A stretch of 64,000 nt of DNA from a candidate division WWE3 bacterium (GTDB lineage Bacteria > Patescibacteriota > WWE3 > JAUXAW01). The position numbers and the translations under genes were made by a program. The notes under the pieces are model-generated. The model did not search any database and was not told the origin of the DNA. It saw only the letters and a program-made list of their open reading frames with translations. Positions 1 through 10,259 of the stretch are shown here, piece by piece. The DNA lies in contig JAUXAW010000002.1 of the NCBI GenBank assembly GCA_030619715.1, forward strand, positions 1,221 through 65,220. Direction: 5' to 3'. The first letter of the stretch is position 1. Each line of letters begins with the position of its first letter.

Positions 1-736
1 TCAGCCCTGCCGAGTCTGGGCGAGGTAGGCGAACTTTTCTGCCCGGAGTGATGTTTCTCAAGGTAGTTACGTATTTAGTTTCCTTTTCGGTCGGGACCTT
101 GTAGGTCGGTTCCAGAGCAATATTTATCTCCGACGCCAGTTTGGGTACGGTGGGAAGCTCCTTGCGCTCGGGTAACTTCTCCTTCTTACTTTCAACCGGG
201 GGTTTGATTTCCGGCTCACGCGCGACCTCAATCCCCGGGGGGAGAGGAAGATCAAAGTTTAATTTTTCGATAAATTCTTGCTCGGCCAGCTCGCTTTTTG
301 GTATCTTTTCCTCAAAACCCTTAAGATACTGGAGCAGCTTGCGTCGGCTCTGGAGGGGTGTCAGCGAAAGAACTTGGGAGGTCAAAAACTGGGAGTAGTC
401 TTCACGGAGATACTCCGGCGGTAGCGGCTCCTTGCGCCAGACCCGTTGGGTCGGGGAGAAGATCGCCAGGATAAAATTGAAGAGCCACTGGTCGAGGGTG
501 CGGTCTTGAATCGGAAAAAAGGCCGTGCCCAATCCGAGGCCGGCGGCAAGAATAATGGTCGACCACTTGATAAGGAAGTTGAGGTCGGAAATCCAGGCGG
601 CGTAGGCGACGGCGATTCCGACGCCGGCAAACAAGAATTGCTTGATGGTCAAATCGCCGATCAGTTTGAACTCAAAGGCGGCGATGTGCTGGGGAACCGC
701 GTGTTGTTTGGACAGTTTCGGGGCTATCTCTGGCAT
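1..736 (-). CDS. PrgI family protein (3' end runs off the window)
   Basis: Not in the ORF track; translated by hand from ATG at 736: MPEIAPKLSKQHAVPQHIAAFEFKLIGDLTIKQFLFAGVG..., the typical CPR PrgI N-terminus followed by two TM helices and a PTQRVWRK motif. Confidence 0.8.
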   Translation of the reverse strand, partial: MPEIAPKLSKQHAVPQHIAAFEFKLIGDLTIKQFLFAGVGIAVAYAAWISDLNFLIKWSTIILAAGLGLGTAFFPIQDRTLDQWLFNFILAIFSPTQRVWRKEPLPPEYLREDYSQFLTSQVLSLTPLQSRRKLLQYLKGFEEKIPKSELAEQEFIEKLNFDLPLPPGIEVAREPEIKPPVESKKEKLPERKELPTVPKLASEINIALEPTYKVPTEKETKYVTTLRNITPGRKVRLPRPDSAGL

Positions 737-771
737 AGCTAATCTTAGTATACCAAACTTTAGATAGAGAT

Positions 772-810
772 AAAGTAACTCAGTAATTCAGTAACATCAG
801 TAAAGACAAG
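772..810. repeat. Short tandem repeat (AGTAAAGAC/AGTAACTC type), inverted relative to the flanks of the neighbouring four-helix-bundle gene
   Basis: cagtaaagacaa here is the reverse complement of ttgtctttactg at about 955 and 1337; a similar copy lies at 60653-60695. Confidence 0.7.
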
Positions 811-811
811 A

Positions 812-948
812 AGAACCTGCTCGCTTCGCCAAGTCAGACTTGGCTTCGCTCGCAGAACCTTGCATTTGAGCAAAGCTCAAAAGTAGGCCTTCGGCTTTAG
901 ATCGCAGAACGATCGCCGCTTGCGGATTATTTAACGCGAAGCGCTATT
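812..948. repeat. Dispersed structured repeat element, copy 1
   Basis: Shares gaacctgctcgct..cgctcgcagaaccttgcatttgagca..agctcaaaagt..gcgctatt with 59928-60017. Confidence 0.75.
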
Positions 949-981
949 GATTTATTGTCTTTACTGTCTTCACTGTCTTTA

Positions 982-1335
982 CTAATTCTTGAATTTGGAA
1001 ACGATAGAGGAGAAAATTTTGATCAACTCCGCACACTCTTTACCCAGCTTAATAATTTCATCTGACAACTGTGGATTATTTTTCAAAAGCAACTTGAGCC
1101 AGTATTTCGTCTCCCGAGCTTCCTTGAGGACAACACGAATTTTGTGAACAAAATCTTTACTACTTTCAGCTTCGCAAGCTTCGCGGTAGTTAGCTCCCAT
1201 TGATGTTCCCGAACGGAATGCCTGTCTTGAGATTTCTCGATTTACCAGATTTTTTGGGAGTTTATTGATTAGATTGATTAGATTCTCACTAAAATTCAGA
1301 GTCCTTCGGAGTAAATTCTCATTGTAATTTTTCAT
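982..1335 (-). CDS. Four-helix-bundle protein (23S rRNA IVP / TIGR02436-like)
   Basis: RQAFRSGTSMGANYREACEAESSKDFVHK...KEARETKYWL signature; flanked by ttgtctttactg repeats. Confidence 0.9.
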   Translation of the reverse strand: MKNYNENLLRRTLNFSENLINLINKLPKNLVNREISRQAFRSGTSMGANYREACEAESSKDFVHKIRVVLKEARETKYWLKLLLKNNPQLSDEIIKLGKECAELIKIFSSIVSKFKN

Positions 1336-1569
1336 TTTGTCTTTACTGTCTTTACTGATTTATTGTCTTTACTTTTGAAGGTATTCTACCACGCCATCGG
1401 GTTGAGTAAGGGTTTGGGGTTGACAAGGGACCTGTAATGTGGTATAGTAGTGGGATGGGATGGGGAGAGGTGGAGGGGCTTTTCCTACAAACTTCTCATC
1501 GAACTCTTATAAATCTGCTTTTCCCTCAGAAGCAAACAAAATATTACCACAAATAAAGGAGGTACGCAA

Positions 1570-3048
1570 ATGTACGAGTACGATTGGATGACACCCGAAT
1601 GGGTGTCGGAGGCGATCGTGGCGGAGAGGGCAGCAGCTGCGTTCATCACCGGCCGTCGGGGGACGAAGAAAACGGAGTTCATCATCGAGTATATCTCCGG
1701 TCCCCAAACAAAGAGCTGTCCAATTATCCTTGGTGGGCCCTTTAAGGGCCAGCGAGGGATGCGGGTCTTTATCGTTCCCAAGGGGGAAGATCCTCCGAAC
1801 GAGGCCGTCCTGTACGTCGAACTTGAGCCGGAGGAAATCGATCTGGCCCAAGTCAAGGACGTGCCGTTCGTCGTGATCCACCACGCGGCCGCGGTCTGGG
1901 CCTGTCCCGCGCTCGGTGCGGACAAGAAGTCCCTTGAGCTCGATACTCCAATTAGGAATAACGAGCTAACCCACAAGGACGCCGCAGAGTTCTACTCGGA
2001 GTTGGTGTGGGTTGGGCCATCGAATCCGAACGACCAGAAAGCCAGTGAGGAATTTGGCTGTAGACTGGTCTTTCTGGCCCTGGAGGGTATCCGCGGGGTC
2101 ATCGACCCGAAGAAGTTCGGCCCCGGAATATTCACCCCACTCCAGCGACCCGAGTATCGTCTGCGGGACACCCACTTCACCCACTGGATTTGGGAAATCC
2201 TGCAGCGGATTCGCACTGAGGGAATCCGGACCCGGGGGGCTTTCGCCGCCGACCGCGCGGGGAGTGACGAACTCTTTGGTATCAAAGCGGAATACGTCAA
2301 CTTCCTCCGTGCGAAAGCCGACGATGCTTATGAGCTCCAAAACCTGACACCCAATTGGGTGGATGGAGAGTTGACCCACAAGGATGTGAGGTCGGCGATC
2401 GATGACCAGGTTTGGCGCTTCCGGCCTGACCGGGACGTGATCATCCGGACGTGGCGCGAGCGAGCAGACGGATGTCTACTCGCCGGTCTGCGGGAAAAAA
2501 GGCGCCGTGGAGACCTGGATCTGGGTGACATCCATAAGGCCTTCAGCTCAGGTCGTCTGTTCCAGTGGATGGACGACGACGAGCGCGTTGAGCAGGAGAA
2601 CCAGCTCATCGAGTGGTGGTTCTGGGAGGTCTACATTCCGCGTCTGTATCGCCTTGCTACTTCCGGTGTCCGTGGGATCAACTACTCCGAAGTAGCCAAG
2701 CAGACGGTGAGCGGCCTCGGTGAGTGGGGTGGTTCTGCCCACGCAGATCTGATGACGGCTCGGGTCTTTGCAGTCGCCTACCTCTGCGAGCGGTTCGGTG
2801 AGATGGCCGCAGCTGCCCGACGGAAGGGTAGTGGGGTGCCGGACGAGGATATGAGGGATGAGGCCTTGAAGGCCTATCAAAAGGGTTCGGTCACTCCGCA
2901 AGAAGCTGCGGAGATGGATACGAGCAATACCCTCACCATTCCGGATGTCACTGCTGGTGCACGTAGCGAAAAAGATCTCTACGCCGAGTGGCTGAGAAAC
3001 TTCGAGTCCAAGCTGAAATGGATACTTGGGCCAGGGTTCACGCCTTAG
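1570..3048 (+). CDS. Hypothetical protein (492 aa)
   Basis: Long ORF with an AAGGAGG RBS and an upstream TTGACA...TATAGT promoter at about 1421-1449; no family recognised. Confidence 0.75.
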   Translation: MYEYDWMTPEWVSEAIVAERAAAAFITGRRGTKKTEFIIEYISGPQTKSCPIILGGPFKGQRGMRVFIVPKGEDPPNEAVLYVELEPEEIDLAQVKDVPFVVIHHAAAVWACPALGADKKSLELDTPIRNNELTHKDAAEFYSELVWVGPSNPNDQKASEEFGCRLVFLALEGIRGVIDPKKFGPGIFTPLQRPEYRLRDTHFTHWIWEILQRIRTEGIRTRGAFAADRAGSDELFGIKAEYVNFLRAKADDAYELQNLTPNWVDGELTHKDVRSAIDDQVWRFRPDRDVIIRTWRERADGCLLAGLREKRRRGDLDLGDIHKAFSSGRLFQWMDDDERVEQENQLIEWWFWEVYIPRLYRLATSGVRGINYSEVAKQTVSGLGEWGGSAHADLMTARVFAVAYLCERFGEMAAAARRKGSGVPDEDMRDEALKAYQKGSVTPQEAAEMDTSNTLTIPDVTAGARSEKDLYAEWLRNFESKLKWILGPGFTP

Positions 3049-3061
3049 GAGGAGGGAGAAA

Positions 3062-3712
3062 ATGCCAGAACCGTATGTTCCCAAACCGCGAAGACCTGTA
3101 CGTCAGAGAACGGCTGACAGCGCTATGCATTGGCTCGCTCGGTTATTCCGGGCCGACGTGGCCATTGGACCCCTGGAGAAGGGGTTCACCCTCGTCGTCT
3201 TCTTCCTTGCTGGATTGGTGGTTGGGGGAGCTCTTGGAGACATCCTTCCATTACCGTCACTCCTTTGCCGGCTGATAGGCGCTGGCATAGGTTTAGCGGT
3301 TGCCGGTCCTGCACGGAAACTCCCAATCCGCTGGGGGCAAGCGGGAGTAGTGGGGGCAACACTTCTTGCTATTCTCGTCTCCTGCGGTGCTGGTTCCGTA
3401 GGGCAGCTTGCTGCCCTGACCAAAGGAACGGTAACAGCTTACCGGCTGGAGAGTGGGGACAACACCATCCTCGCCACCGGACCCGCTCGGGGGTGCCAGA
3501 TAGCCATAAACGAGTTTAACCTTGGCCTCCTCTCCGAAGAAGAGATGAGGGAACAATGTGGTGACTCGTTAGCACCGGCGCAAGTAGAAGAAGGAGAAAA
3601 GACCGCCTTGCGGATACCCAAACCCAGTTTCCTTTTGTTCGTTTGGGCGGGTATCCAAATTCTGCTGGTGGCAGTGGTTTTGGTTTTCATCTTCAGAAAA
3701 CCGCCGCCCTAG
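3062..3712 (+). CDS. Hypothetical membrane protein
   Basis: ATG at 3062 after an AGGAGG RBS; about four hydrophobic segments. Confidence 0.7.
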   Translation: MPEPYVPKPRRPVRQRTADSAMHWLARLFRADVAIGPLEKGFTLVVFFLAGLVVGGALGDILPLPSLLCRLIGAGIGLAVAGPARKLPIRWGQAGVVGATLLAILVSCGAGSVGQLAALTKGTVTAYRLESGDNTILATGPARGCQIAINEFNLGLLSEEEMREQCGDSLAPAQVEEGEKTALRIPKPSFLLFVWAGIQILLVAVVLVFIFRKPPP

Positions 3713-3720
3713 CAGAAACA

Positions 3721-3768
3721 AGACCCTGAGGTTGATTTACATCAACAACCTCAGGGTCTGTTCTTTTT
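3721..3768 (+). terminator. Rho-independent terminator, possibly bidirectional
   Basis: 14-bp stem agaccctgaggttg/caacctcagggtct followed by a T-rich tail, between convergent genes. Confidence 0.8.
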
Positions 3769-3783
3769 GTCAAGAAAAGGAGA

Positions 3784-5313
3784 TTATTTGATAACCTTTC
3801 CAATAACCGGCAGCTTGCCGAGGATCTTACCCGGCTCGAGGCCCGCCCTGGCAACCGCAGCGGGAGCGGTAACATCAAACGCATCGTCAAGCATTGCCGG
3901 CACGCGGGTCGCGGCCATAACCAAACCGAAGGCTACTAATCCTCCAACATTTGTACTTCCAAAAGGAGAAAAAACAGTTCCCCACCCCAAATCTTCGGGC
4001 ATCGGCATCGGGACGGTCATACTTTTCTCCGCAATATAAGTAGCGAAGTTTATTAGTAGATAGATCACCGGGAAGCACAAAACATTGACGGCGAAGCTCT
4101 TGAACCAACGGGTGGTGGTGTCCTCTTGGCCGGGGAGGGCCCCCCAAGCAAAAACGAAAGGAGCAAAAATGACCTGCATAAACAGTCCGGCGAAGCGGGT
4201 GATAAGAGTGAAAAAGAGCATAAAGGCGACGACGATGAGAATAACCCTCATACCTAAACCAATAATGTATGATGAAATTCCCGTACCCCCAAGATAAATG
4301 TTACTCCACCCAAAACCCCAACTCAAAGGGTCCCAGAATTTAATACCGGCAAACCGATCGAAAAGAGCGCCAATGATACGAAACGGTTCTATCATCGTCA
4401 TCGGCATTGGTGCTAGTATCGGTCCGAACTGAGAGTCAATCAGACCTTTGAGGACGCGGCCAAGGTCAACGATGATGCCAGCGATGGGATAGCTAAAGGT
4501 GATTAGAATCAAAGAGATGGCGATTCGAGGTAGAGCAGCGGTAACCGTCATCACTGTCCGAGGATCAATTTGGCTACGTATCATCACCATAAAACCCATT
4601 CCTACCAGAATGAGAACCATAAGAACATAACTGATATTACGCATTAGGCGCCAGATGCCGACGATTGACTTAAAGGTGTCACTTCCCGTTTGAGCATATG
4701 CCGGTGTACTGACGATGTTGTTGGCCAGCGCGTCTTTGATGAAAGAAGCGGTGTGAAGGTTGGGCGGGCTTTGCTCTAACATACCTACGGTCATCGATCC
4801 TATTTGTCCAGCAACACCTGAAGGAGGGAGGGCCTGCGGGCCGTTGGCGGTTTGTTTTATACATTTGCAGAAGTAATCCGCCCCCGTGTCTCCACCTCCG
4901 TAGACGGTCGCTGTGTAGCCTGGTGGACACTCGTCTACCTTAATCTCTCCAGTTTCTGGATCAGCTATACAGAGGTCGCCTCCTGTTTTGGCAACGGCGG
5001 TGTAGGCAACAAGAGTTCCCATATGACCCACATCCCCCAGCCACTTGAGCAACTGCTCACCCGTTAGCCCAAACTCCCTGTTTACGATCATCCCGAGAGT
5101 GTTTGTTATTATCCAGGGGAGTGTACCGGCCTGGGCGGTTTGGACCTCATATTTTTGACCCTCGTAGGGTGCGGTTTCGACTTTGTAATCATTGGGCGAG
5201 GCGTTGGGGAGAAGTTCGACGTCCTGGGCGAACACAAAAGACGCGAAAAACGGGGACGCCAAAAACGCAAAAGCGAGAAACGCTAAAAGGATTTTTTTGG
5301 ACAAGAGTCTCAT
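3784..5313 (-). CDS. Multi-pass membrane protein, VirB6/TrbL-like (CPR type)
   Basis: W-x-x-M-R-N-I-S-Y...ALPRIAISLILITFSYPIAGIIVD motif and several C-terminal TM helices; lies next to PrgI and pilins. Start is uncertain (5313 or 5361). Confidence 0.65.
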   Translation of the reverse strand: MRLLSKKILLAFLAFAFLASPFFASFVFAQDVELLPNASPNDYKVETAPYEGQKYEVQTAQAGTLPWIITNTLGMIVNREFGLTGEQLLKWLGDVGHMGTLVAYTAVAKTGGDLCIADPETGEIKVDECPPGYTATVYGGGDTGADYFCKCIKQTANGPQALPPSGVAGQIGSMTVGMLEQSPPNLHTASFIKDALANNIVSTPAYAQTGSDTFKSIVGIWRLMRNISYVLMVLILVGMGFMVMIRSQIDPRTVMTVTAALPRIAISLILITFSYPIAGIIVDLGRVLKGLIDSQFGPILAPMPMTMIEPFRIIGALFDRFAGIKFWDPLSWGFGWSNIYLGGTGISSYIIGLGMRVILIVVAFMLFFTLITRFAGLFMQVIFAPFVFAWGALPGQEDTTTRWFKSFAVNVLCFPVIYLLINFATYIAEKSMTVPMPMPEDLGWGTVFSPFGSTNVGGLVAFGLVMAATRVPAMLDDAFDVTAPAAVARAGLEPGKILGKLPVIGKVIK

Positions 5314-5412
5314 CTTCGAAAAGATACTAACAAAGTTTCCTGCTTTTTGCAAGTATAACATCTCTGTTTGGCAATTGCAAGAGCAGGTGGGTTTTGTTAT
5401 TCTAAAACTGCT

Positions 5413-7314
5413 ATGGTCTTTGCCCTTCCCAAAATATTCAAGAAGAAGCCCAAGCCCAAATCAAAACCCTCCTATTCTCCCCGAACTGAGCAGCGAATCA
5501 CCGAATCGATGATGGAGTTAGCGTTAAAAGGTCCTCGCTGGATTGGGGAACAGATGGGGGCGGATCTCGATGAGGCCTTTGAGATCGGCAAGACCCGCGT
5601 TTCCCTGACCCAATTTATACGCCACCCAATCAAGACAGTTAAGAAAGTTGCTAAGGCGTGGACTATTAGTACTTGGACAAAAAATCTATCGGCGCAACTC
5701 GTAGCTGAGTATGTTTGGAAACCGCGTCTTGAGCACTTTAAAACGCAAGGAAATATTGACGATGACGAATTTGACTTTATCCTAAAAAAGTGGGCAGAAA
5801 AGCCGGATGGTTTTGAGAGAGATGTAGGTTTTGAGCGATTGGAGGAGTTGCATAAATATGGTCATCTTGATGATGATGTTTGGCAAGGAATCCACCGTCA
5901 GCACCAGTGGGATGAGTTTGCCCGTTTCCGCCGTAAGCCGGGGAGGTATGTTTGGCAAAAGTTTTTTGGCAAGAGGGGGCACTTAGGAGAGGGGCGCTTT
6001 TACAAATACACACCGAAGAAGTGGCTAGGCGAGCCGCTGGGTAAAGCACTGGCAAAAACTGGTTTGGGGAAGGCGGTTGCCGGAATTAGGGAAGCAGCTA
6101 AGCAGGTAGCTCGAAAGGTTGTAGATACGGCGAAGAAAGTTTTGGGAGTGGCGGCTAAAGCGGTGGCGAAGGTTGCCAAGAAGGTAATCATCAAGGTTGC
6201 TGGTCAGGCCGCGTGGGCAGCAATTCACTCAGCTGTTTTGTCCGCTCTTGGAACGGTTGCTCCGGGGGTTGGAAATGTGATTGGTTTTCTTGCCGGACCC
6301 TTTGTTGCCAAACTGACAGAATGGATTATAAAAATTGCTTGTTTGGGTTGTGGGTGCGCTACCTTGTTGTTCGTTGGCTCTATGATTTCTATCGTGATAG
6401 CAATATTCGGTGCTTTCCGCCCGCTGGAGGTGCTGGAGGCGTTGCCGGGGGAGCGGTTTGTGGAGATAAGCAAGACGGCTAATGGTGTCAATCCTTTGAG
6501 GTTAGATTTGGGGGCGGACCCGTTGGTTTTGTTTACAATCAGTTACGAAAATGTTGGCGAGTCCAAGCTGACCAGTGTTATTATCGAGGATGATTACGCC
6601 GGGGATCACGATGGAGATGTTATTATGATTGTTGACCCGGGCGGTGGGGTGAATATGGGCGGCAAGTTGATTTGGAATCTTTCTGACCTGGATTCGGGAG
6701 CTGGGAGCTCTGTTTCCTATCGGACGATGATTGTGGATACGAGCATTGAGCAGGTGATAATTAACCACGCTACTTTGACGGCGATGAACGAAGATGGAGA
6801 AACAATCAGTGTCAGCAGGCAAGGGGTGGTCATCGTCGGTGAGCCTGAGGGTCAGCCACCGTCCGGTTGGCCGGTGGACGAGGGTTGTGTTACCCAAGGA
6901 CCCTACACTGGGGATGATGATAGCCACAAAATCATTGACGCTATCGATATTGCGCCGGTGGTGGCGGGAACTCCGGGCCAGTCGATCTACGCCACTCACG
7001 ATGGGACGGCTTTGGTCTACGACCAGCCTTCTTCAACTTTAGGGAAGCACGTGGTCATTGTGTCACCGCTCGGTTTCAAAAGCCATTATGGGCATCTTGA
7101 CAGTATTTCTGTTGACCAAGACGCACAGGTCTACTCCGGTACTGTGATCGGAACGATGGGGAACACGGGTGAGTCGAGTAATGTGCACGTGCACTACCAG
7201 CTTGTGGGTCTTAAGACGAGCGAATATGTTCCGCGTGACAGTCTAGACGGTTGTGCTGGTCGGGGCGCTTGTGGTTGCTGTTTTACCAGTCGTAGTGCAA
7301 GGTGTGGAGAATGA
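5413..7314 (+). CDS. M23 family peptidase with DUF11-like Ig domain and long N-terminal region
   Basis: HKIIDAIDI (HxxxD), YGHL and GNTGESSNVHVHY (HxH) motifs. Confidence 0.8.
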   Translation: MVFALPKIFKKKPKPKSKPSYSPRTEQRITESMMELALKGPRWIGEQMGADLDEAFEIGKTRVSLTQFIRHPIKTVKKVAKAWTISTWTKNLSAQLVAEYVWKPRLEHFKTQGNIDDDEFDFILKKWAEKPDGFERDVGFERLEELHKYGHLDDDVWQGIHRQHQWDEFARFRRKPGRYVWQKFFGKRGHLGEGRFYKYTPKKWLGEPLGKALAKTGLGKAVAGIREAAKQVARKVVDTAKKVLGVAAKAVAKVAKKVIIKVAGQAAWAAIHSAVLSALGTVAPGVGNVIGFLAGPFVAKLTEWIIKIACLGCGCATLLFVGSMISIVIAIFGAFRPLEVLEALPGERFVEISKTANGVNPLRLDLGADPLVLFTISYENVGESKLTSVIIEDDYAGDHDGDVIMIVDPGGGVNMGGKLIWNLSDLDSGAGSSVSYRTMIVDTSIEQVIINHATLTAMNEDGETISVSRQGVVIVGEPEGQPPSGWPVDEGCVTQGPYTGDDDSHKIIDAIDIAPVVAGTPGQSIYATHDGTALVYDQPSSTLGKHVVIVSPLGFKSHYGHLDSISVDQDAQVYSGTVIGTMGNTGESSNVHVHYQLVGLKTSEYVPRDSLDGCAGRGACGCCFTSRSARCGE

Positions 7315-8312
7315 AGAAAACTAATTTAATTTTAACCGCTACTATTACGATAGGTGTCCTCCTTCTGCTCGGAGTCGGGATGGGGATTTGGTGGAAGAGA
7401 GCTCAGCCCCAACCTCAGCCCGAGACTTTGCCCCAACTTCCGCCTCTGGAAATTTCTCCCACAGTGCCGCAACCCTCGGCCCCGATCTATACGCTGGAGG
7501 TAGCGGCACCAAAGGTTGAAAAATTGCCGGTTTATCAATATTCCTTCGCTTCCACTCCAGCGTCTTGGGCGCGGAATTTAGGGTTTGCCGGTGAGCCGGA
7601 GGAAATTGAGGATGCTTTGCGGGGAACGCTTTATCTTTGGACAAAACTAGGTCGGACACTGATTGTGGACAAAAAGGCCTTAAGTTTGTCATACAGCGTG
7701 GATCTTTTGGCCGACCCGGAGACTTTGGCCGGTTCGTTTCTGCCGACCTTTGAGCCGGCGGCGGCGATCGTCGAGCGAACTTTGCTGGAGCTTGAGCCCG
7801 CCTCTGGCGGGTCACCTCTCTTAAAACTTGACCCTCAAAAGAGCAAAGCCCTGAAAGCCGGTGTCGCCCGGGTCCGGGAAGTCAGCTTTGAAGAGGCCGA
7901 CCTCGTTGAAATTCACTTCACCGCCAAAGTTGACGACTATCCTATTTATTTAGAATCGGGCCCCGACGGAGACCCGGCCGTCGCCTGGGTCGGCAAAGAC
8001 GCCAAACTCTTGCGTCTCGAATATACGCCGCTGGGAACAGTGGGAGAAAAGATTGGTGAATACCCCCTCTGGTCGGCCGAGGAGGTCCTAGCGATGTTGG
8101 AGCGTGGCGAAGGGGTGGTTGTTAGTTCAACGCTTGAGGGGGGTCAGACGATTGCTTCGGCCACGGTGACCCGAATCGCCGCCGGTTATCTCCTGCCGCC
8201 GCCGGACGCGACCGTAATTCAGCCGGTGTTCGTGGTCTCGGCCAAGGTGACAACCACCAGTGGAAAGACCGGAGAAATGACAATATACCTTCCGGCGATC
8301 AGGAGCGACTAA
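7311..8312 (+). CDS. Membrane-anchored hypothetical protein
   Basis: N-terminal TM helix and Pro-rich linker; start overlaps the upstream stop (ATGA). Confidence 0.7.
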   Translation: MKKTNLILTATITIGVLLLLGVGMGIWWKRAQPQPQPETLPQLPPLEISPTVPQPSAPIYTLEVAAPKVEKLPVYQYSFASTPASWARNLGFAGEPEEIEDALRGTLYLWTKLGRTLIVDKKALSLSYSVDLLADPETLAGSFLPTFEPAAAIVERTLLELEPASGGSPLLKLDPQKSKALKAGVARVREVSFEEADLVEIHFTAKVDDYPIYLESGPDGDPAVAWVGKDAKLLRLEYTPLGTVGEKIGEYPLWSAEEVLAMLERGEGVVVSSTLEGGQTIASATVTRIAAGYLLPPPDATVIQPVFVVSAKVTTTSGKTGEMTIYLPAIRSD

Positions 8313-10237
8313 ATGCCGGCCGCGTCGAGATAGGCGAGGATGTACTGGGCGGTGCGGACGATACGGCTGACCCAGGAGTAGTGCCGATTCCAGCCGAGGA
8401 GAACACCGATTTTGGTAGCAAGGCTCGCATTTTCCCGCCAGCCGAGGCGGTGCAGTTCAGAGGCCATTGTCTGCATCGCCGTCGTTTTGTTCCAAAGGTC
8501 AAAAGAGGGATCGCTGACTTTGTGACGGTGGGGCCAGGCGGTTCCGATTAGGAATTGAGAACAACCCAGTGCCCCGGCGCTGCTGCCGAGGGCGGCGGTG
8601 TAGCTTTCGTTGACGTAATAGGCCGCCCGGGAATTAGCGACGCGGATGTCATACTCTTCCCAGTGCTCTAGAGCTTTTTTCAAGATGGTGATCTGGCTCG
8701 GCCAGCCTCGGTTGCGGTAGGCAGTTTCGGCGTCGGAACGACCGCAGTTGGTGCAGTTCGCCGATTCGCCGCTGGTCAGAGCAATAAGAATGCCGCGGTC
8801 GATGCTCCAGCCCCGTCTCGCCGCCCAGGCGGAAATGGATGAGGCGCGGGCAACCAATTCCAGGTCAAGCCCTAACTCCCGGGCCCGCTGAATCTCTTCG
8901 GGAGTCAGTTCGTAGTCAACCGGCTCGGAGGGCGGTTCGTAGGGCTCGGGCTCTTCTTCGGTTGGGGGAGGAACATAGGCCCAAGGAAGAGACAGCTTTT
9001 CTTGAATGGTGAAATCTCCGTAGGCTACCGTTCCCGTGTTCCAGACTTTAGCTTCTTCATCAACGTCAACACCCCATCCCCAGTCGGGAACAAGGGGAAG
9101 ATTCAAAGAGATTCTGATTTCAAAATCCCCCTCTGTTTCACCGTCAAATTCTTCATGGGTTTCCCCGGGAAGGTCAAAGATGGCAAAGGTTGACTCCACC
9201 GTCTGGCCAAAGATGTTTCTTAGGAAGGAGAAGCGGGGGTAAATTTTTATTCTTCCACCGAGGATGTCTTCTAGGGCCTGGCTAACGGAAATTCCTACCT
9301 CCTTTTTGACGACGCAGGCACTGTGCTTGGGTCCCGGTAAGATTTCGTGGCAGAGATCCCCTTCTTCCTCTGCGAGCACCACACCCTCTCCCCGGCCCGG
9401 AGACTTGGACAGCACATCGCCGAGACTGATAAGGACGGGGTGGCAGAGGTCTCCCTCTTCCTTGGTAAGTGAGGCCTGTGAGTTCTCTTGACCGGGGATT
9501 TTGGTCAGAGCATCGCTGAGAAAGTTGGTGGCGTAGTCAAATTCGTAGAGATGCTCGTCGGCTCCTACGATTCTCCCCGTTTCCTCTTCCATCCCTTCAA
9601 CTTCAATTTCCCACCGGCCCCATTCGTTGTAAACTCTTTCCCTCTCCGCCTCTTCCTGGATAAAGAGATAGTTTGGGGGCATCAGTTTTTTCATCACCCC
9701 GTCGTCGAAATCTTCGGCCGGGGTTCCAAAGTAGCGCTGCGTTAATCTTTTGATATGGGCGTGGGGGAGTTCGTCTCCCTTAAGTCTAACCGTCGCCGTC
9801 AGGAGCGCGTTCAACAGGGTGTCGATCCATCCGGGAACGGAGGAGGGGAGTTCAACCACGGCCAGGGGACAACAGCGGTCGGTGGGATAGTCGGGAAGGG
9901 GACACTCTTCGGGTGGAGGAAGGCCGCCGTCGCAGCAGGCGTTATTGCAGGTCTGCTCGCAACCAGAACCGTATACGCAGACATTGGCGTGGCAATATTT
10001 ACAAGGACCATAAGGCTTGGTGTGTTGGGGGTTGTCAAAGTCTCCCATATAGCATCCGCCGCAACCGGGATCGCCAACATCAATGTGAGCGGGGTTTGTG
10101 TTCTTCTTGCCCCAATCGCAGCAATTTCCTGTGTGGTCCTCTTCGATCGGGCCCGGGCACATCCCGACGGCCCGGGCGGGGGAAGAGAAAACAAAGAGCA
10201 AAAAGCAAAAAGCAAAGATCGTGAAAAGCCTTCTCAT
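8309..10237 (-). CDS. Secreted Cys-rich protein with C-terminal lytic transglycosylase-like domain
   Basis: Signal peptide, Cys-rich N-terminus, C-terminal GES...GSSAGALGCSQFL...WN motifs of the SLT/lysozyme fold. Confidence 0.6.
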   Translation of the reverse strand: MRRLFTIFAFCFLLFVFSSPARAVGMCPGPIEEDHTGNCCDWGKKNTNPAHIDVGDPGCGGCYMGDFDNPQHTKPYGPCKYCHANVCVYGSGCEQTCNNACCDGGLPPPEECPLPDYPTDRCCPLAVVELPSSVPGWIDTLLNALLTATVRLKGDELPHAHIKRLTQRYFGTPAEDFDDGVMKKLMPPNYLFIQEEAERERVYNEWGRWEIEVEGMEEETGRIVGADEHLYEFDYATNFLSDALTKIPGQENSQASLTKEEGDLCHPVLISLGDVLSKSPGRGEGVVLAEEEGDLCHEILPGPKHSACVVKKEVGISVSQALEDILGGRIKIYPRFSFLRNIFGQTVESTFAIFDLPGETHEEFDGETEGDFEIRISLNLPLVPDWGWGVDVDEEAKVWNTGTVAYGDFTIQEKLSLPWAYVPPPTEEEPEPYEPPSEPVDYELTPEEIQRARELGLDLELVARASSISAWAARRGWSIDRGILIALTSGESANCTNCGRSDAETAYRNRGWPSQITILKKALEHWEEYDIRVANSRAAYYVNESYTAALGSSAGALGCSQFLIGTAWPHRHKVSDPSFDLWNKTTAMQTMASELHRLGWRENASLATKIGVLLGWNRHYSWVSRIVRTAQYILAYLDAAGI

Positions 10238-10259
10238 TTTAATTTCTAATATCTAATTT

